Notes: generated from the sequence alone by a model not told the origin. 64,000 nt of DNA from Tricharina praecox (GCF_024521635.1 NW_026250419.1:186001-250000), one strand, 5' to 3'. Positions 27,591-43,314 are shown, counted from the stretch's first letter. Made by a program: numbers and translations.

Positions 27591-30070
27591 TTAGATGTAC
27601 TTCTCGGCCTTCGCCCACCCAACCAAATCCCCCGCCGATGTGATGGCAGGTCCCTTCCCGAACTTCTTCTTCCTCGGGTCGATAGCTTTCGCTACGATTT
27701 CCAGCTGTCGGAAACAGTCCTTCTCCGTCTGGCTTGCGGCGTTTCTGCCGCGTGCGGCTGGCCGCGGGATCCCCATGCGCGTGAGGAGTATGTTGGTGAG
27801 GTAGTGCAGCCAGAAGATGTTTGTGCGGGGGGCATAAACGTTCCAGTCGATGCACTCCTCCTCGGGAGGTACGAGGCCGGAGGAGACCTCTTTGCGCATA
27901 AAGCGGTAGATGTCGAATTGGTAGTCACCTGTGGTTGCGATGTTAGTTTCTAGGGATGAGTGGGTGCAGCGGGGGAATAAAATGTACCTTTACCGCCGAA
28001 TAGCGCGGTGTCGTTGAGTGGCATGAATTCGATGTCGTTTTCGTCATCGGTGCATCGAGCGCGGGAGAGGGTGTAGTCGATCAGTGATACCTTGAGGGTT
28101 GACTCCTTGTCCTCTAATGATAGTCCTTCGAGTAGTGTCTCCGGATTGGCGGAGAACGACTTCTTCCTGGGCTCTACCTCTCTGCGGTCGATGACTAGGT
28201 TTCCCCAGTGGAGATCTCGATGCTATATATCGTCAGAAACATGTCCGAAGTAGCAACATGGTAGTATTACCTCAAAAAGGTGCTTCTCCTCTCCACTCGC
28301 CAAGGCATTCGCAGCCTGCCAGAAAACATCCAGCGCCTCTTCCCAACTCTGGAGCTCGGTATGCTCGAGATCAGATCCACCGTTTTCCAGCAGGATGACT
28401 GCGAAGAGCTGGTGGTCTTCGTAAAAGTCTGGCCGGACGTTCTCTGATCCCCGCTCCATGTCGAAGTTATCCCACTCGTCCATCAGGGGCTCGGGGAAGT
28501 AGCCCTGAACTACGTACGCGCTGTTGCACACAGAGTCAGTCTACAATTCACCGGGGAAGAGCGGGCGAAGAATAACGCACCCCCTGAAGCCAATGAAGCC
28601 GTCGATTTGTGCCATGGTCTTGGAGATCCTCACTTCCTGGATGATGCTTTTCACTTCGCATTGCTCCTCCTGGCCGAACGGAATGATCTTCAGAACCGTG
28701 GTGCTGTTGGAATCGGTTCGCGATTGCAGGAACACCTCACTGTAGGATGCTTCTCCCAGTTTCCGTATCGACGAATCCTCAAGCAATGAGTCGATATATT
28801 GATCGAACTCGAGCACCTTCTGCTCCGTGCACAGCCCCAGAAGCACATCGGTCTCCGTTATCTCATCTCCGTAAAGTGCCTGGACCAACGCATCGTCGGT
28901 GCATGAAACGGAGCTGTCAGTCGCCTCGGCGGAGGCTGGTGACGACACTGATCCTCTCACTATTATGGAATCATCGGTGCTGTCTTTTGTTGGGGTTTCC
29001 GGTATTTCGGTCTTGAGATTCGATGCCATTGCGAGTGGAGGTTCGTCTCCGGCTACAACTGTACTTCCTCGTTCAGCGTAATTATGTGCTGGGGTTTCTG
29101 GTATTTCGTTCCTGGATGTTGACGATTTCGGTGTCGATGCTTTGGGTGTAGAAGCCTTAGGAGTGGTCGCCTTAGGAGTGGTCGCCTTTTTGGTCGCCCC
29201 ACCTTCAATAATGATGGCGAACTTCCTTTCAGGAATACCCATTCTATCATTCGCCTCATCTTCCCACACTATGATCGAATCCTCCACCACATCCTTCGAC
29301 AACTCCTCCCTAGTAAAGGATTCAGTCCGCAACGGTGAAGGTGCGCCGGCAGTGCTCGCAGAGACCCTCTTTTTGAGTCCCCGCTTTCTAGGCGGAGACT
29401 CTTTCACCGACAAAGAATCGCGTTCTCCAAGGACGCTGCGGGGGGTGCTCCCGGAGTAAGGCTCCTGTTCTGGCTCGGCCAGTTTCTGCAGCGTGCTGGA
29501 TACGGTCGTCGGGGTTGCCGTAGCAGTGCTGGTGCCGGATTCGTTCTCTTTGTCCGAACTCTCCCGTAACGATCCTACTGACGACTGCGAGTGCAGATCT
29601 TGCGCGACGACAACACTGGTCCGACGCTCGACTATAACGATCGGTTCGGATGGTGGCGGTGACAGTGGCGGTGACCGTGAAGGTGGGCGCGCGTCTTCCG
29701 TTATTCCCAGGTCGTCCAGCTGATTCACTATATCGTCGAGTGCATTGGACGACGACCCCTTTACGACAACGGCCGCTTCCTCCTCCTCCTCCTCATCCTC
29801 ATCCTCGACAGCAATTACCACGTCGATAGGCTTCTTTGATGCCTTCTTTGTAGGAGCTGGGGCGGCCTTGTCTTTCTTTACGGAAGCCGACTCCTCTGTG
29901 AGAGCATCCTCGTCTGGTACAGGCTCGTTCCGCTTCGAATTGGCCCCGGAGGAGTTCTCGAGTTCGTTCCACAGTGATCTCCCGAACCAGCCGTTGAGAT
30001 GTGACTTGACGGCTTTTCCGTACGTTTTTTGCTTTCCGAAGGTTTTCTTTGCGCCGTAATTCGACGACAT
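27591..30070 (-). CDS. Haspin-family atypical protein kinase
   Basis: Long disordered N-terminus, then KLGEASYSEVF, FE|HRDLHWGN, IDYTLSR (the haspin DYT variant of DFG), G|DYQFDIYR and TNIFWLHYL. The start MSSNYGAKK at 30070 is inferred. Confidence 0.92.
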
Positions 30071-30704
30071 GTTTCTCGTGGGTGGATCTGCGCGGATCGG
30101 GGGAGGATATGTATGTCGGCCTTTGGTTGGTAGACGCAGTAACTGTTGCAGCGCAGGTCGAGGCTGGCGGTTGTCGTGAACGAGCACTTTCTATTTGTTG
30201 ACAAAACCAAACGCACAGTTGCGCCGGTAACAAGCAGGATTACTTGGAGATACGATGGATAAGATAAGAATCCCGAAACAAGCATTTCCCATCTCGTCAT
30301 ATCTGATATCACTACAATCAGCCTTCAGCTGATGTCAATCCCCGCGGGGCGCGATAGGGAATGTGAACTTCGTTAATTTAGCCTTGGGCGCTTCGAGGAG
30401 GAATCAGGGAATCCATTTCGGGCTGAGTTTTCAGCTGCTCAGCAACAGCAGCAACAGAAACGAATCCCTTGCAATCCCTGCCCCTCTCTGGTTTCCCCTC
30501 CATTCTATTCTGTACCCCTCCATTGTCTCCACCACCTAAACTACGGCCCACCAACGCACCCACCTCCACCTCCCCTACTTTAGCTCCCCTTTCCGCCCTG
30601 ACACGTCCAACCTCCTCCGAGTTCTATCCTACCATACCTTCCCTCCATCAACCTTCAACCCTTTCAACTTCACCCAAACAAATAATAACCAACCAATAAA
30701 CAAG

Positions 30705-31687
<983 letters not shown>

Positions 31688-32497
31688 TTGCCTCGTACTT
31701 TCCGCTAGAGGGCAAGGTGGTGACCATGTTCGCTTTCTCGAAGGGATGGGGAGGTGGTACGTTTGCTTCTTTGGGGATCGGAGGGTTTTCTTTTTTCTGT
31801 GCGTGAAATGGTGTTTCTGTTCTCTGTTACCGTCTCATCCGTCTACCCATTTTTTTGTCCGGGCCATCCTATTGCCGCAATGAATAGTTAGATGTTCCCT
31901 TTCATGATGCGAGAGCTCTGCTCTTCTCTGGTGTTGTATTCTGCTTGCGAGTGAATGGTTGATGTGTGCTTTCGGAGATTCCATTTTGCTTCTGAATGTT
32001 GGTGCGTGCTTGCTTGAATGAATTATACTGAATAATGAATTCCCCACACACGGCATGTTGTCCCTCCCTTTGTCGACAAATGATAATCCCTTCGCACCCC
32101 AATCCATGCCCATGCCGACCCATGCCATCCTCCCAAGCAGCAGCCCCCCAGAATACAAACCCAAGATACTGGACCAATAGACAGAACGGAAACGTGAAGT
32201 CCTCAAACTTCAAACAGAAATAGATAGAAGAAACCCGCACCAGCACACCAGCACACCGGATCAACACTCAAACTCCTAGAAAAAGTAAAAAGCCAAACCA
32301 AGCCGACCCGGACCGAACCCAAAGCAAACAAACAAAAGAAAAAAAGAAAAAAAAAACGGAAACACAAATGCGTGAGTAATAACTAAGGAAAAAGAAGGTT
32401 AAATAATACAACCTCAAAAGTCAGAAGCCCGAAGCCCGAAGCCAGAAGACAGAAAGAAAGCAGAAAGCGCAGGTTTTCGTCCCCGTCCCGTTCCATC

Positions 32498-32977
32498 CTA
32501 TGGCACAGCCGCGGCGGCCGCCCTCCCCACCATCGCCACGGTCCTGACCTCCGTAAACGACACCTCCTTGAGCTCCTCCATGCGCTCCTGTCCCGCGTCC
32601 CACACGAGCTCGACAAGCTTCATGACGCCCTTATAGTCGCGACGACACACCTCCCAGCGCAGCTTGTCGACGAGGGCCCAGCCGGACTCGATGGTGCGCA
32701 GCTCGGCGTCCATGGTGCGCACGCCGTCCTGCGCCTGGTGGCACAGCTTCCGCAGCTCGCGCTCGAACTGTAGCAGACTGTGTTTGCTGCGCGTCGACAG
32801 CGGCGGCGTCGTCGTCGCCGGCCGCAATAGGTGCAGCAGCTGCATTAGGTGTGTAGACACCGTCGGGATGTGGTCTTGGATCACTTTTTCGAGCGCGAGG
32901 TTCGCGCGCTGCGTCGACGAGGCGCTGCTGGTCGCTATGGGCCCTGCGCGGCGGGCGCGGCTGCTGCTGTTGGGCAT
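32498..32977 (-). CDS. Hypothetical 159-aa intronless protein, probably helical
   Basis: GC3-rich codon usage, a caccATG start context, a pyrimidine/C-rich leader and a U-rich trailer. No motif recognised. Confidence 0.55.
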   Translation of the reverse strand: MPNSSSRARRAGPIATSSASSTQRANLALEKVIQDHIPTVSTHLMQLLHLLRPATTTPPLSTRSKHSLLQFERELRKLCHQAQDGVRTMDAELRTIESGWALVDKLRWEVCRRDYKGVMKLVELVWDAGQERMEELKEVSFTEVRTVAMVGRAAAAAVP

Positions 32978-33130
32978 GGTGCCGGTGGAGGTGGTTTGAG
33001 GTGAGGTGGACGCGATGGCGCGGAGGTGGGTGGGTTCGAGGGGTGGTGGTGGGTGAATTCGAGGGAGCGGAAGCAGGTGGAGTGGAGGGGTGTAAAGTAG
33101 GGTGCACGAGGTGTGATGACGAACGGACTT

Positions 33131-33156
33131 GGGGGGGGGGGGGGGGGGGGGGGGGG
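33131..33156. repeat. Poly-G tract (26 nt)
   Basis: Directly visible homopolymer. Confidence 0.95.
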
Positions 33157-34199
33157 AGGTGACGTTGCTATGTTAAGTACTGTAATTGTTCCGAGTTCTT
33201 GGAGAGTGGCAGTGGCAGTCTCGGTCTCGTTTCGTGGGTTGTTGTTTGCTTTAACGACGCATGCTCCGGCACCGGGCTGGCATAGACGAAGGGTGAAGGG
33301 TATGTGGATGTAGGTATATACGGCACTATCGTATATTAACCTGCCCACCTTTGAGCTTTCTCTCTTCCGTCGCCGTCGTCGTCGTCGTCTTCGCTTGGCC
33401 GGCGGCCCTTTGTGCGCAGGCAGCCCAGGCTGGGCTTGGTTGATCGAGCTCCCTCTTTGAGCCTGAAGCAATGAATTCGTCACTTAAATCTCAAATTGAA
33501 GAAGAAGAAAGAAGAAAAAACAAAGAGAGCTCCGGTCTTTTGTCTTTATGAGATGACTCGGAGATTGTTGCGTGACGTGCGGTTGGCGGCGGACCGGCCG
33601 GCACGCACACGGCGGATGTGTGGATATCAAACCGGAGCGATTGACTGGTATGCACAGTGCTCTGGATGGGGCTTTGCTGTGTGGAGTAGGTGGTTTTGGT
33701 GTTTGTCCCTCTCTCTCTCTGTGCTGTTCGCTTTTATGATCTGTTGGTGGTTGTGGGGGAAACAGTGTCTGCGGAGTCTCCGGCTGCCCTGTGCTTGAGG
33801 GGGAGGGTGGAGATCGCTCGATCACATGACAATACTCTAAGTATACATACCCGTTGCCCCATGAGGTCCAACGAAGGGATTGGTCTTTGGTACTGCATGC
33901 ATGCAGCCGCCCTGCGCTCTTCGTCTATCTCGACATCAGGGACTTGTGTCGACGGGGTCACCACACAATGTCCTACCTCATACCGAGCTCCACGAGCTTA
34001 CGTCTATCGGTCGGCAGCAGAGTCTTCGTTATATCTAAAACATAGTAGTGATCGTGTTCAACATACATGACGATCCCAATTGATCTTGCCAACCTGTCTC
34101 TAGTTTGGCGACTCTCCCCCAATAGTGTCGCCTGTGGAGGCTCAGCATTCACGAGTGAGATCTCATGGACATGCGTGCAAGTGATAGGCAACCTGATAT

Positions 34200-35402
34200 T
34201 TATTGGATTGCCGCCTGCCCCGGGTTCGGCCCTGCAAAGCGTTCTCTAGCCTTGAGCTCCTGCACATCGCTGAGCTTTGCTTTCACAAACATGTCCGCCC
34301 CCACCCACGTCGATAGTTCCTCAGTTTTGCCCTCCTTCTTCAGCAGCGCGAGCAAATTATACACGCTCTCCACCATTCCCTCCCCCTGACTGACACAATA
34401 CCACTCTTTGGCGAGCGGGATATTCTTCTTCTCCGCGAGCTTGCTGTAATAGAAGCCCAGATTATGCGCCGCACCCCGCACCCCACTCGCCGCCGCCTTG
34501 AGCATGAACTTCTCATGCTCGGGATCCTTCGGGTCGATCTCGAGCGAGAGGTTGTAGTAGCACTTCGCCGAATCCAGTGACACAGCGCCCTTCCTCCACA
34601 GCCTCATCGCCTCCTCGCGATCGCCCTTCAAAGTCTTCACCAGCTGACCACCGTGCGCATAACCATCTCCATCCCCCGCCTCACCACACTTGAGATACGC
34701 CTCGAGCGCACCCTTCCTATCCCCCTTCAGCTCCAGCGTCGACGCCACAACCGCCAGCGCAGCCGAATTCCCCAGCCTCGCCACCTCCTGCACGCGCTGG
34801 AACGCCTCGTGGGCCTCCACCTGTTCCGTCTTCCTCCCAAGCTTCCTCGTGATCCCATCCAGCAGCTGAAAATGCAGGACAACCGCCGCAGGATCACCCA
34901 ACAGAGCCGCCGAATGCAATATCGTATACATGAGCTCCAGCCTCACATTCCTCTTCCCCTCATCCATATCCCTGCCATTGACATGCGGCAGCGTCTTCAC
35001 CAAGAACACCGCTATCGCACCAAAGTCTTTGGCGGACATCGCGAACTCGCGGCAAATGAACTCGCCGAAGGCTCGCGACGGCCGCGAACCCGTGTGCGGC
35101 AGGCTGGCCTCGATCACTTTGTAGAACGTCTGTGGGCGGAACGGGATCTGCTTCGCTTTGTGCGCCGACAACACGTACTCGATCGGCACGATCAGCGCAA
35201 TCTTGTACGCTTCTGGGTGCTCCTTCTGTCTGCTGCGGAAGCGCTGCGCGTTGTGGTTGACGGTGGGAGAGGGGCCGGTGCTGCGCACGGCGAGCGATGG
35301 GGCGGAAGTGCTGAAGGGCTTGCATGGTGGCGGCGAAGTGGGGTGGAGATGTGAGATCGGCCGGAGGAGAGGTCGGAGGTGTCGTATTCGTTGGGTTGCC
35401 AT
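34200..35402 (-). CDS. Putative mitochondrial protein with Sel1/TPR-like repeats (Mss2-like?)
   Basis: 400-aa intronless ORF with an Arg-rich, acid-free N-terminus (MATQRIRHLRPLLRP...KPFSTSAP) and Sel1-like units EAMRLWRKGA, KAAASGVRGAAHNLGFYY and AKEWYCVS. Confidence 0.7.
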   Translation of the reverse strand: MATQRIRHLRPLLRPISHLHPTSPPPCKPFSTSAPSLAVRSTGPSPTVNHNAQRFRSRQKEHPEAYKIALIVPIEYVLSAHKAKQIPFRPQTFYKVIEASLPHTGSRPSRAFGEFICREFAMSAKDFGAIAVFLVKTLPHVNGRDMDEGKRNVRLELMYTILHSAALLGDPAAVVLHFQLLDGITRKLGRKTEQVEAHEAFQRVQEVARLGNSAALAVVASTLELKGDRKGALEAYLKCGEAGDGDGYAHGGQLVKTLKGDREEAMRLWRKGAVSLDSAKCYYNLSLEIDPKDPEHEKFMLKAAASGVRGAAHNLGFYYSKLAEKKNIPLAKEWYCVSQGEGMVESVYNLLALLKKEGKTEELSTWVGADMFVKAKLSDVQELKARERFAGPNPGQAAIQ

Positions 35403-35695
35403 TGCGAGACGGGGATGCCGCCGGATCAGCGGTGGCAGTAGAGAGCGTGATAGAGTTGCGGCGGTTAGGGTTGTGTTAGTTACTGGCCGAATTTCTCGTT
35501 TGATGTCACATGGTAGAACGATTGGAGGTTATTCTCAGGGCAATGTCCAGTTGATATCCACAGAAGCTCTCCCAGCCCCGTTATGTGTATCTACATTGTG
35601 TATGTATAATACAAAAGTGTCGTGTAAGGTAACTATTATGTATTTCACCCCATCACCAGTTCTACAACCAAGTGCCCACGTACTTCATACTGCGG

Positions 35696-37919
<2,224 letters not shown>

Positions 37920-38674
37920 CTTGACTTTTTGTCGGGGGGTTGAGTGTCTCGAATGAAGTAGATCGCGAATGTCGAAAGGTATACGCTGCGGTGGTGGGTT
38001 GTTGGAGAGGGAAGGGACGAAAAATGGTTGTTTCGCGTGGAAGTTGAGAATTAGCATATGGTGGGGCTCAAGAGACGCTAGTGTGGCTAGTAGTGGGGCA
38101 GCAAGTTGCAACAGGGTTCAGACTTGAAAGTTGCGGGCTGCGAGGTTCTGTGAAACCAAACAGGCCCTAAGTAACTTCTCACTGTTCGAGGAAGGACCTG
38201 GAGATGCCCCAAATCAATATCCACATCACCATGAGGTTCTACACATCTACAGTAGTACTACCTCCCACTGCCCATTTCCCCGGTCCGAGTGTTGAGGCAG
38301 AAAGCCATAGAAAAAGCCGGCAATCTTGATGTCCACCCATAATATATCTCTTGAATAGAGATTGACTTGAGGCTCGAAGTGGTAACCCACATCACATGTA
38401 GAACTAGGCAGTTTAGCTATGATTGGTGCTTCCGGTGGCAGATAAGAAGTAGGTAATCCGACTTCGCATGCCACAAGAAGGCGAGTCACCGTACTTATCC
38501 ACCGGCTGTTCCTGAGGATGTGCAGAGTTGTTGGCTTCGTGAGAGAAGGCACGCATGTTGATGCAGGACGGTTGAGGCGGTGCGTCAAGAATCGTTGATA
38601 TCGCATGGGAGCCTTGAAACAGAGGCATCTAGATCGAGGGGCCGGAACAGCGGTGACACAAGCAGGTCTTGTCG

Positions 38675-38732
38675 AATCGCAAGTCGAGCTGAAATCGCAG
38701 GTCAAGCTGAAATCGCAGGTCGAGCTGGAATC
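38675..38732. repeat. 18-bp minisatellite, about 3 copies (AATCGCAGGTCRAGCTGA)
   Basis: aatcgcaagtcgagctga aatcgcaggtcaagctga aatcgcaggtcgagctgg. Confidence 0.85.
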
Positions 38733-39116
38733 TGGAGGCCTGGGTTAACGGCTGTCACACGACCCTATCACGCCAAGATTGATGGACAATTGCTGGAGCA
38801 GCCGCAGGGTCCCGGGCATCCCACGCTGTATGTAGGTTCCCAGTCAAATGTTGCTCGACCAGAGTCCAGAATAATCAATGCGTGAGAAAGCATTAATAAT
38901 GGGGATAATTTGCTCATTTATGAATCGTATTGTGGCCGCTAAAAGTACACCCAAATTCCCGCACCGAAGTGTAAAACTGAAAACTAAGGAAACATCAACA
39001 AAGGACCCCTGAAACAAAATCGTTTTCCAATTCTCCATAGATCTGAACACTGAATTACTCGCGAAAATGTGTTCATCCGTATGCATACATGTACGAAATC
39101 GAGATTGCTCACGCCG

Positions 39117-40621
39117 TTACGGGACATACTCGTCGTCACCCTGTGGCTCAAATTTCTGCCTCTTCTGCTGCTGTTGCTGCTGGGCGCCTTCCTTTTTAAA
39201 CATGTTGACGAGATCCTCGTCGATGCCCTCAAACATGTTGGCATCGTCGGACGGAGATCTCTTGAGACCAGAGCCGTTGTTGTTGAGCGGCGCAGCTAGA
39301 CTGGCCAACAATTCGGAAGCTCCAGCATGGAACTCGGCCGGATAGGGAGGTGCAGCAGGAGCGATTGAGTGACGATGATGAAGCTCGCTTGCGGGGGTGG
39401 GCGGCTCAGGCTCGTGCATAATCTGGGCCGGTGGAGTCAAGGCTTCGATTTCCGGGGATCTGAGCTCCTCGGGACTTTCTTCCCTTGGTGTTCTGGACCC
39501 ATCTCCACCGCTGGGATTCTCTTCAAGATCCTTCATGATCAGATTCTCGACGGATGCCTTAGTCTCCTCAGCCTTTGCTCGCTTCTCTGCAAGATCCAGG
39601 GCCACCTGCTCGTCCTTGGCCAATGCTGCCTTGCTCTGTTCCAGCAACCTCTCGATGTTGCGGATATGAGATTTGCGGGCCTCGATGGCACCTTTGACCG
39701 CATTATCCGCAGTGTCGAGGGTCTTGAGAAGTGTAGAAAGCCTGGCGGCATACACCGGGGGTGCCGGGAGCTGCTCGACATCGAATTGCTTGTGAAATTC
39801 GTTCTTGGCGGTGCCAGTCGTAATGGCGATCGTTGAGGCCTTGTCGCGGATCTCCTTGTGTGTCTTGAGGAGAGGCACGAATTCAAGCGGCACATCGGGG
39901 CCTTTGCCTAGTCCTCCCGCGCCCAGGAAGCCGGTGCCGAGCTTCAGACCTCCGCCGAGACCACCCTTCGAAGCACCGGATGTTTTTCGGTCGATAGCTT
40001 CGGTAGGTCAGCAATTGGAACTACAGAGCCATAGACATGATACCGCTTACCCTCGATCTTCGTCTCAATCTCCGCCTGAACCTCGGGCTTGAAGATGTTC
40101 CTCTCCCTCCAGACCTGAACCACTCGCCTCATCTTATCCTGAATATCCGGCTTGCAACCATCGTATGCGGCTGCGGTTCCATCGGCGATGAGCTAGACAA
40201 CGAAACCAATTAGCCAGTTGTCGTAACCTCCGAGTACATGGCGGGGCTCACCGGTGTAAAAGCGTTACCGAACTCGGGCTTGTTCTTCGCCTTCGACTGC
40301 TGGATGATTTCTGTATCGGACAGTGATCAGTCAATTGCATCGTAATTGTGAAGGCGACAGAGCATCGTAGACATACCATTAGCGAGGTAAATAAGCATAA
40401 GCTTCCTGTGGGCGGATGATTCTTTGACCCTCTCGAACCATAACTCTGTCGAGCGCTTTGCCTGTCGCCTGGTTGATGTCGGTCAGAGTTCCTTGCATGG
40501 CCAAAGGCAAGACATACCTGTGGAACATGATCCACTGCGCAACAGCCACAATCGCATCTTGGGAGTCGTTGAGCGCCGACAACTTCGAACGCACAGTTTC
40601 GTCGGTGTAAGATGAACTCAT
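39117..40621 (-). CDS. RTT103: Pol II CTD-interacting-domain (CID) protein, Rtt103/RPRD family
   Basis: KLSALNDSQDAIVAVAQWIMFHR|R, KLMLIYLAN|EIIQQSK and RRVVQVWRERNIF, followed by a coiled coil. Confidence 0.88.
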
Positions 40622-41262
40622 GCTGGACTGGGGGGGCGTTTCGTGATCTGAGATTGGTGGTTCCGATGATTATTGTAGTGGTGGTAGAGGTGATCCAGGA
40701 ACGCGTAGAGCGGGCGAGCGGCAAAGGCTTTTGGGGCGGGTTTTGTTTACAGTCTCTTCTTGGGGTTTGAGAGATCAAAGACTAGAGCTACGAAGGGAAA
40801 AAGTTGCGCTGCGGTGGTGCGTAGCTCCTCTGCCTGGGTAATATCTCTCTTCGTAGTTCCTCTGTCTTTTGTTCTTCTTTGACTTCAAGGGAAGACGTGT
40901 TGTTGTGCGTCAAGTGGTGTTGCTTGCAGAAGCTCGGCGAGTGGGCTTTTTAAGTAGTGCCAAGAAACCTAGCGGCGCCATCATCATCGGGTTGCCTTCC
41001 GCCTGAGACAAGGGTGATCACTCTAACGATTTACGGTGCTCGAGGACATGCAAGAGAGCAATCATACAGATGGACGGAAAATAGACATCGAATTGAAGGA
41101 CGCTGCTCATTATAAAAGTACAAATTTTGCCCGCGAATCTCCCAATGAAAACAGAGATTTTACAAACTCCCAGCCAGACAAAAACATGCTGGAGCTTCCG
41201 CTTGAAGAGTTACTCCGCAAATTTAGACCAGCATGCATGAGAAAACACAAAAAAGAAAACAA

Positions 41263-43076
41263 CTAATCCACCTCCGCGGCGAGCGGGTTTTCGGTTTCCT
41301 TGTTCTTCCCCTTGTTCCTGGCCGTAGTGTCGGTTCCGCTGTCGCCGCTGGTACCCGATTTCGCTCGCGCCTCCTGCTCCTCGAGCTCGTGCAGCATTTT
41401 CTGGCCGTCCTCCGTGGTGGCATCGATGATCTGGGACTCGAGCGACAGCATTCCACCCTACGAAGTGAGTGAGTCAACAGCGTTACACGGGTGGCCAGTG
41501 TTTTTTTATCTGATTGGAGAACCGCATACCTCTCCAAGCTGCCCAACAATTTCCTCGGCTTCTTCGACGCTCATCTTTCCCAAAACTTTGTTGACCTCAT
41601 CAAGGCTTCCGCTCTCGAGGGCTCTTCTCAGTCCTGGTGGGAATGATTCGAAAACCTCCCTGGCTTGCTTCTCTTCCGGATCATCCGAACTGGCTGGAGG
41701 TATACTAATGTTGATGGTCGTGTTGGGGTCCACCGCGTGTAGCTGAATCTGCTCCACGCCCTGGCTACCCTTCTCCTGTTCCGAAGATATTTCCCGTGCA
41801 CGCTCCTTGATGCGAGAATAGGTTTGGTGCACATCATCGTAGAAAACCTTCTGCGCGTGGTGCCCGGCGGTCGTGATGCTGGGGGAAATATTAGTAAAGC
41901 CAAATTGAGTGGAGGAAGGATAGTGTATCGGCAATACCGCTTGAAGAAGAGTGAGACGCCATCAGAACCCAGCTGTCGGCAGTATTGAAGCAGCAGCGCT
42001 TGGTGCACGCATTGCTTTGCGTATACATCTTTGCCAGCAATCTGGGAGTTGAAGGCATCAATCAGAAGCCCGTCGGTCTCCTTCTCCGAGACAACCGCAG
42101 GATTCTCCCGGATGAAAGCTAGACAACGGTTATATTCCCCTATCTTGATCTTCGCGAACTCTTTTCCAAGCGCAGTGGGCTCGAAATGCTGTTCGTCATC
42201 GTCGTCTTCCTCTCCGGCAATCTCCTCGATGTCCGCCTCGGCGCCCGAAGACACCGACTGATCCCCTGATGGCTGGAAACCGATGGCCGAAGGGCGGTTC
42301 AATTGTTCAACAGCCTGGACTTTCGACACAGACTTCTTCTTGGATGCTGCCATGGACGAGGAAGAAGCTACCTCTTTCTTGTTGACGTGACCCGCAGAGA
42401 AACCCTCGTGCACATCATCACTGGTAATCTTAGCCTTCTCTTCCTTTTCGAGGTCGGCCAGCTTCTTGTAGGTGTCCTTTGTCTGCTGCTGTAGCTTTCC
42501 CCGATGGTCCCTCAGCTTGTCGAGGAAAGCCTTCCAGCGATCGGCGGGATTCTCCTCGTCGATCTCCTTCTTGATGGTATCCACCAGCGCGGCGATCATC
42601 TGGGCATATCCGGGGGTACCTACAGGTACCTGCGGCGCATTTGAGTTGTCCTCCGTCGAGAGCTGGATGAGAGCATGCATGACCATGTCGGCGGCAGGCT
42701 CAGCGGAATGGTCGCCGAGGGTCGCGATCAACTTGTCGAGCATCGAGAGAAGGTGGTCGTTCATGGCAATCTCGGTCTTGTAGTGGTTCATCTGTTGTTT
42801 CCGCAGCGAGCGATTCTCGTGGATCTGACGGCGTTTGGCATTGATGAAGGAGCGTTTGTCGACATTTGCTAGATATGGCGACTGGTGTCAATATATTTTC
42901 TCGGATGAAGCTGTTGAAGCTGTTGGAGTGGACGGCTGCATGGCTTACGGTGGACTTCGATATCCGAGTCATCAGACAATTCGATTCTGAGAGATGAGCT
43001 TCGGTTAGTACGTCATCGAGCAAGAGGAAGCGGTAGACGGTACTCACTTGTCCCACTTGGAATAGTCCAAAACCAT
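41263..43076 (-). CDS. CDC37: Hsp90 kinase co-chaperone Cdc37
   Basis: MVLDYSKWDK|IELSDDSDIEVH|PNVDKRSFI N-terminus, CVHQALLLQYC and FESFPPGLRRALESGSLDEVNKVLGKM. Confidence 0.97.
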
Positions 43077-43299
43077 AATGGCGATGTATTTGGGTTACTT
43101 TGTCTGTGAGGTCTGCACAAAACTTCTGGAGAACGTCAAGAGTGGGGTTGAAGTTGAGGATTTTCTGTTGTTTATCGAGTTGAGATGGAGGAGCTTTGTT
43201 AGCAGGGGACTTTTGAGCTGATGTGGGGTTGAGGGGCACGAGGCCTGCATCCTTGGCAATTGGCATGAGCTAGGCACTTTCAGGTCGTTATCCTCCAGG

Positions 43300-43314
43300 T
43301 GAATGTTCTCGAAG
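43300..43314. promoter_or_regulatory. Heat-shock element (nGAAnnTTCnnGAAn) about 225 bp upstream of the CDC37 ATG
   Basis: tGAAtgTTCtcGAAg forms three perfect alternating HSF pentamer units upstream of a chaperone gene. Confidence 0.65.
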
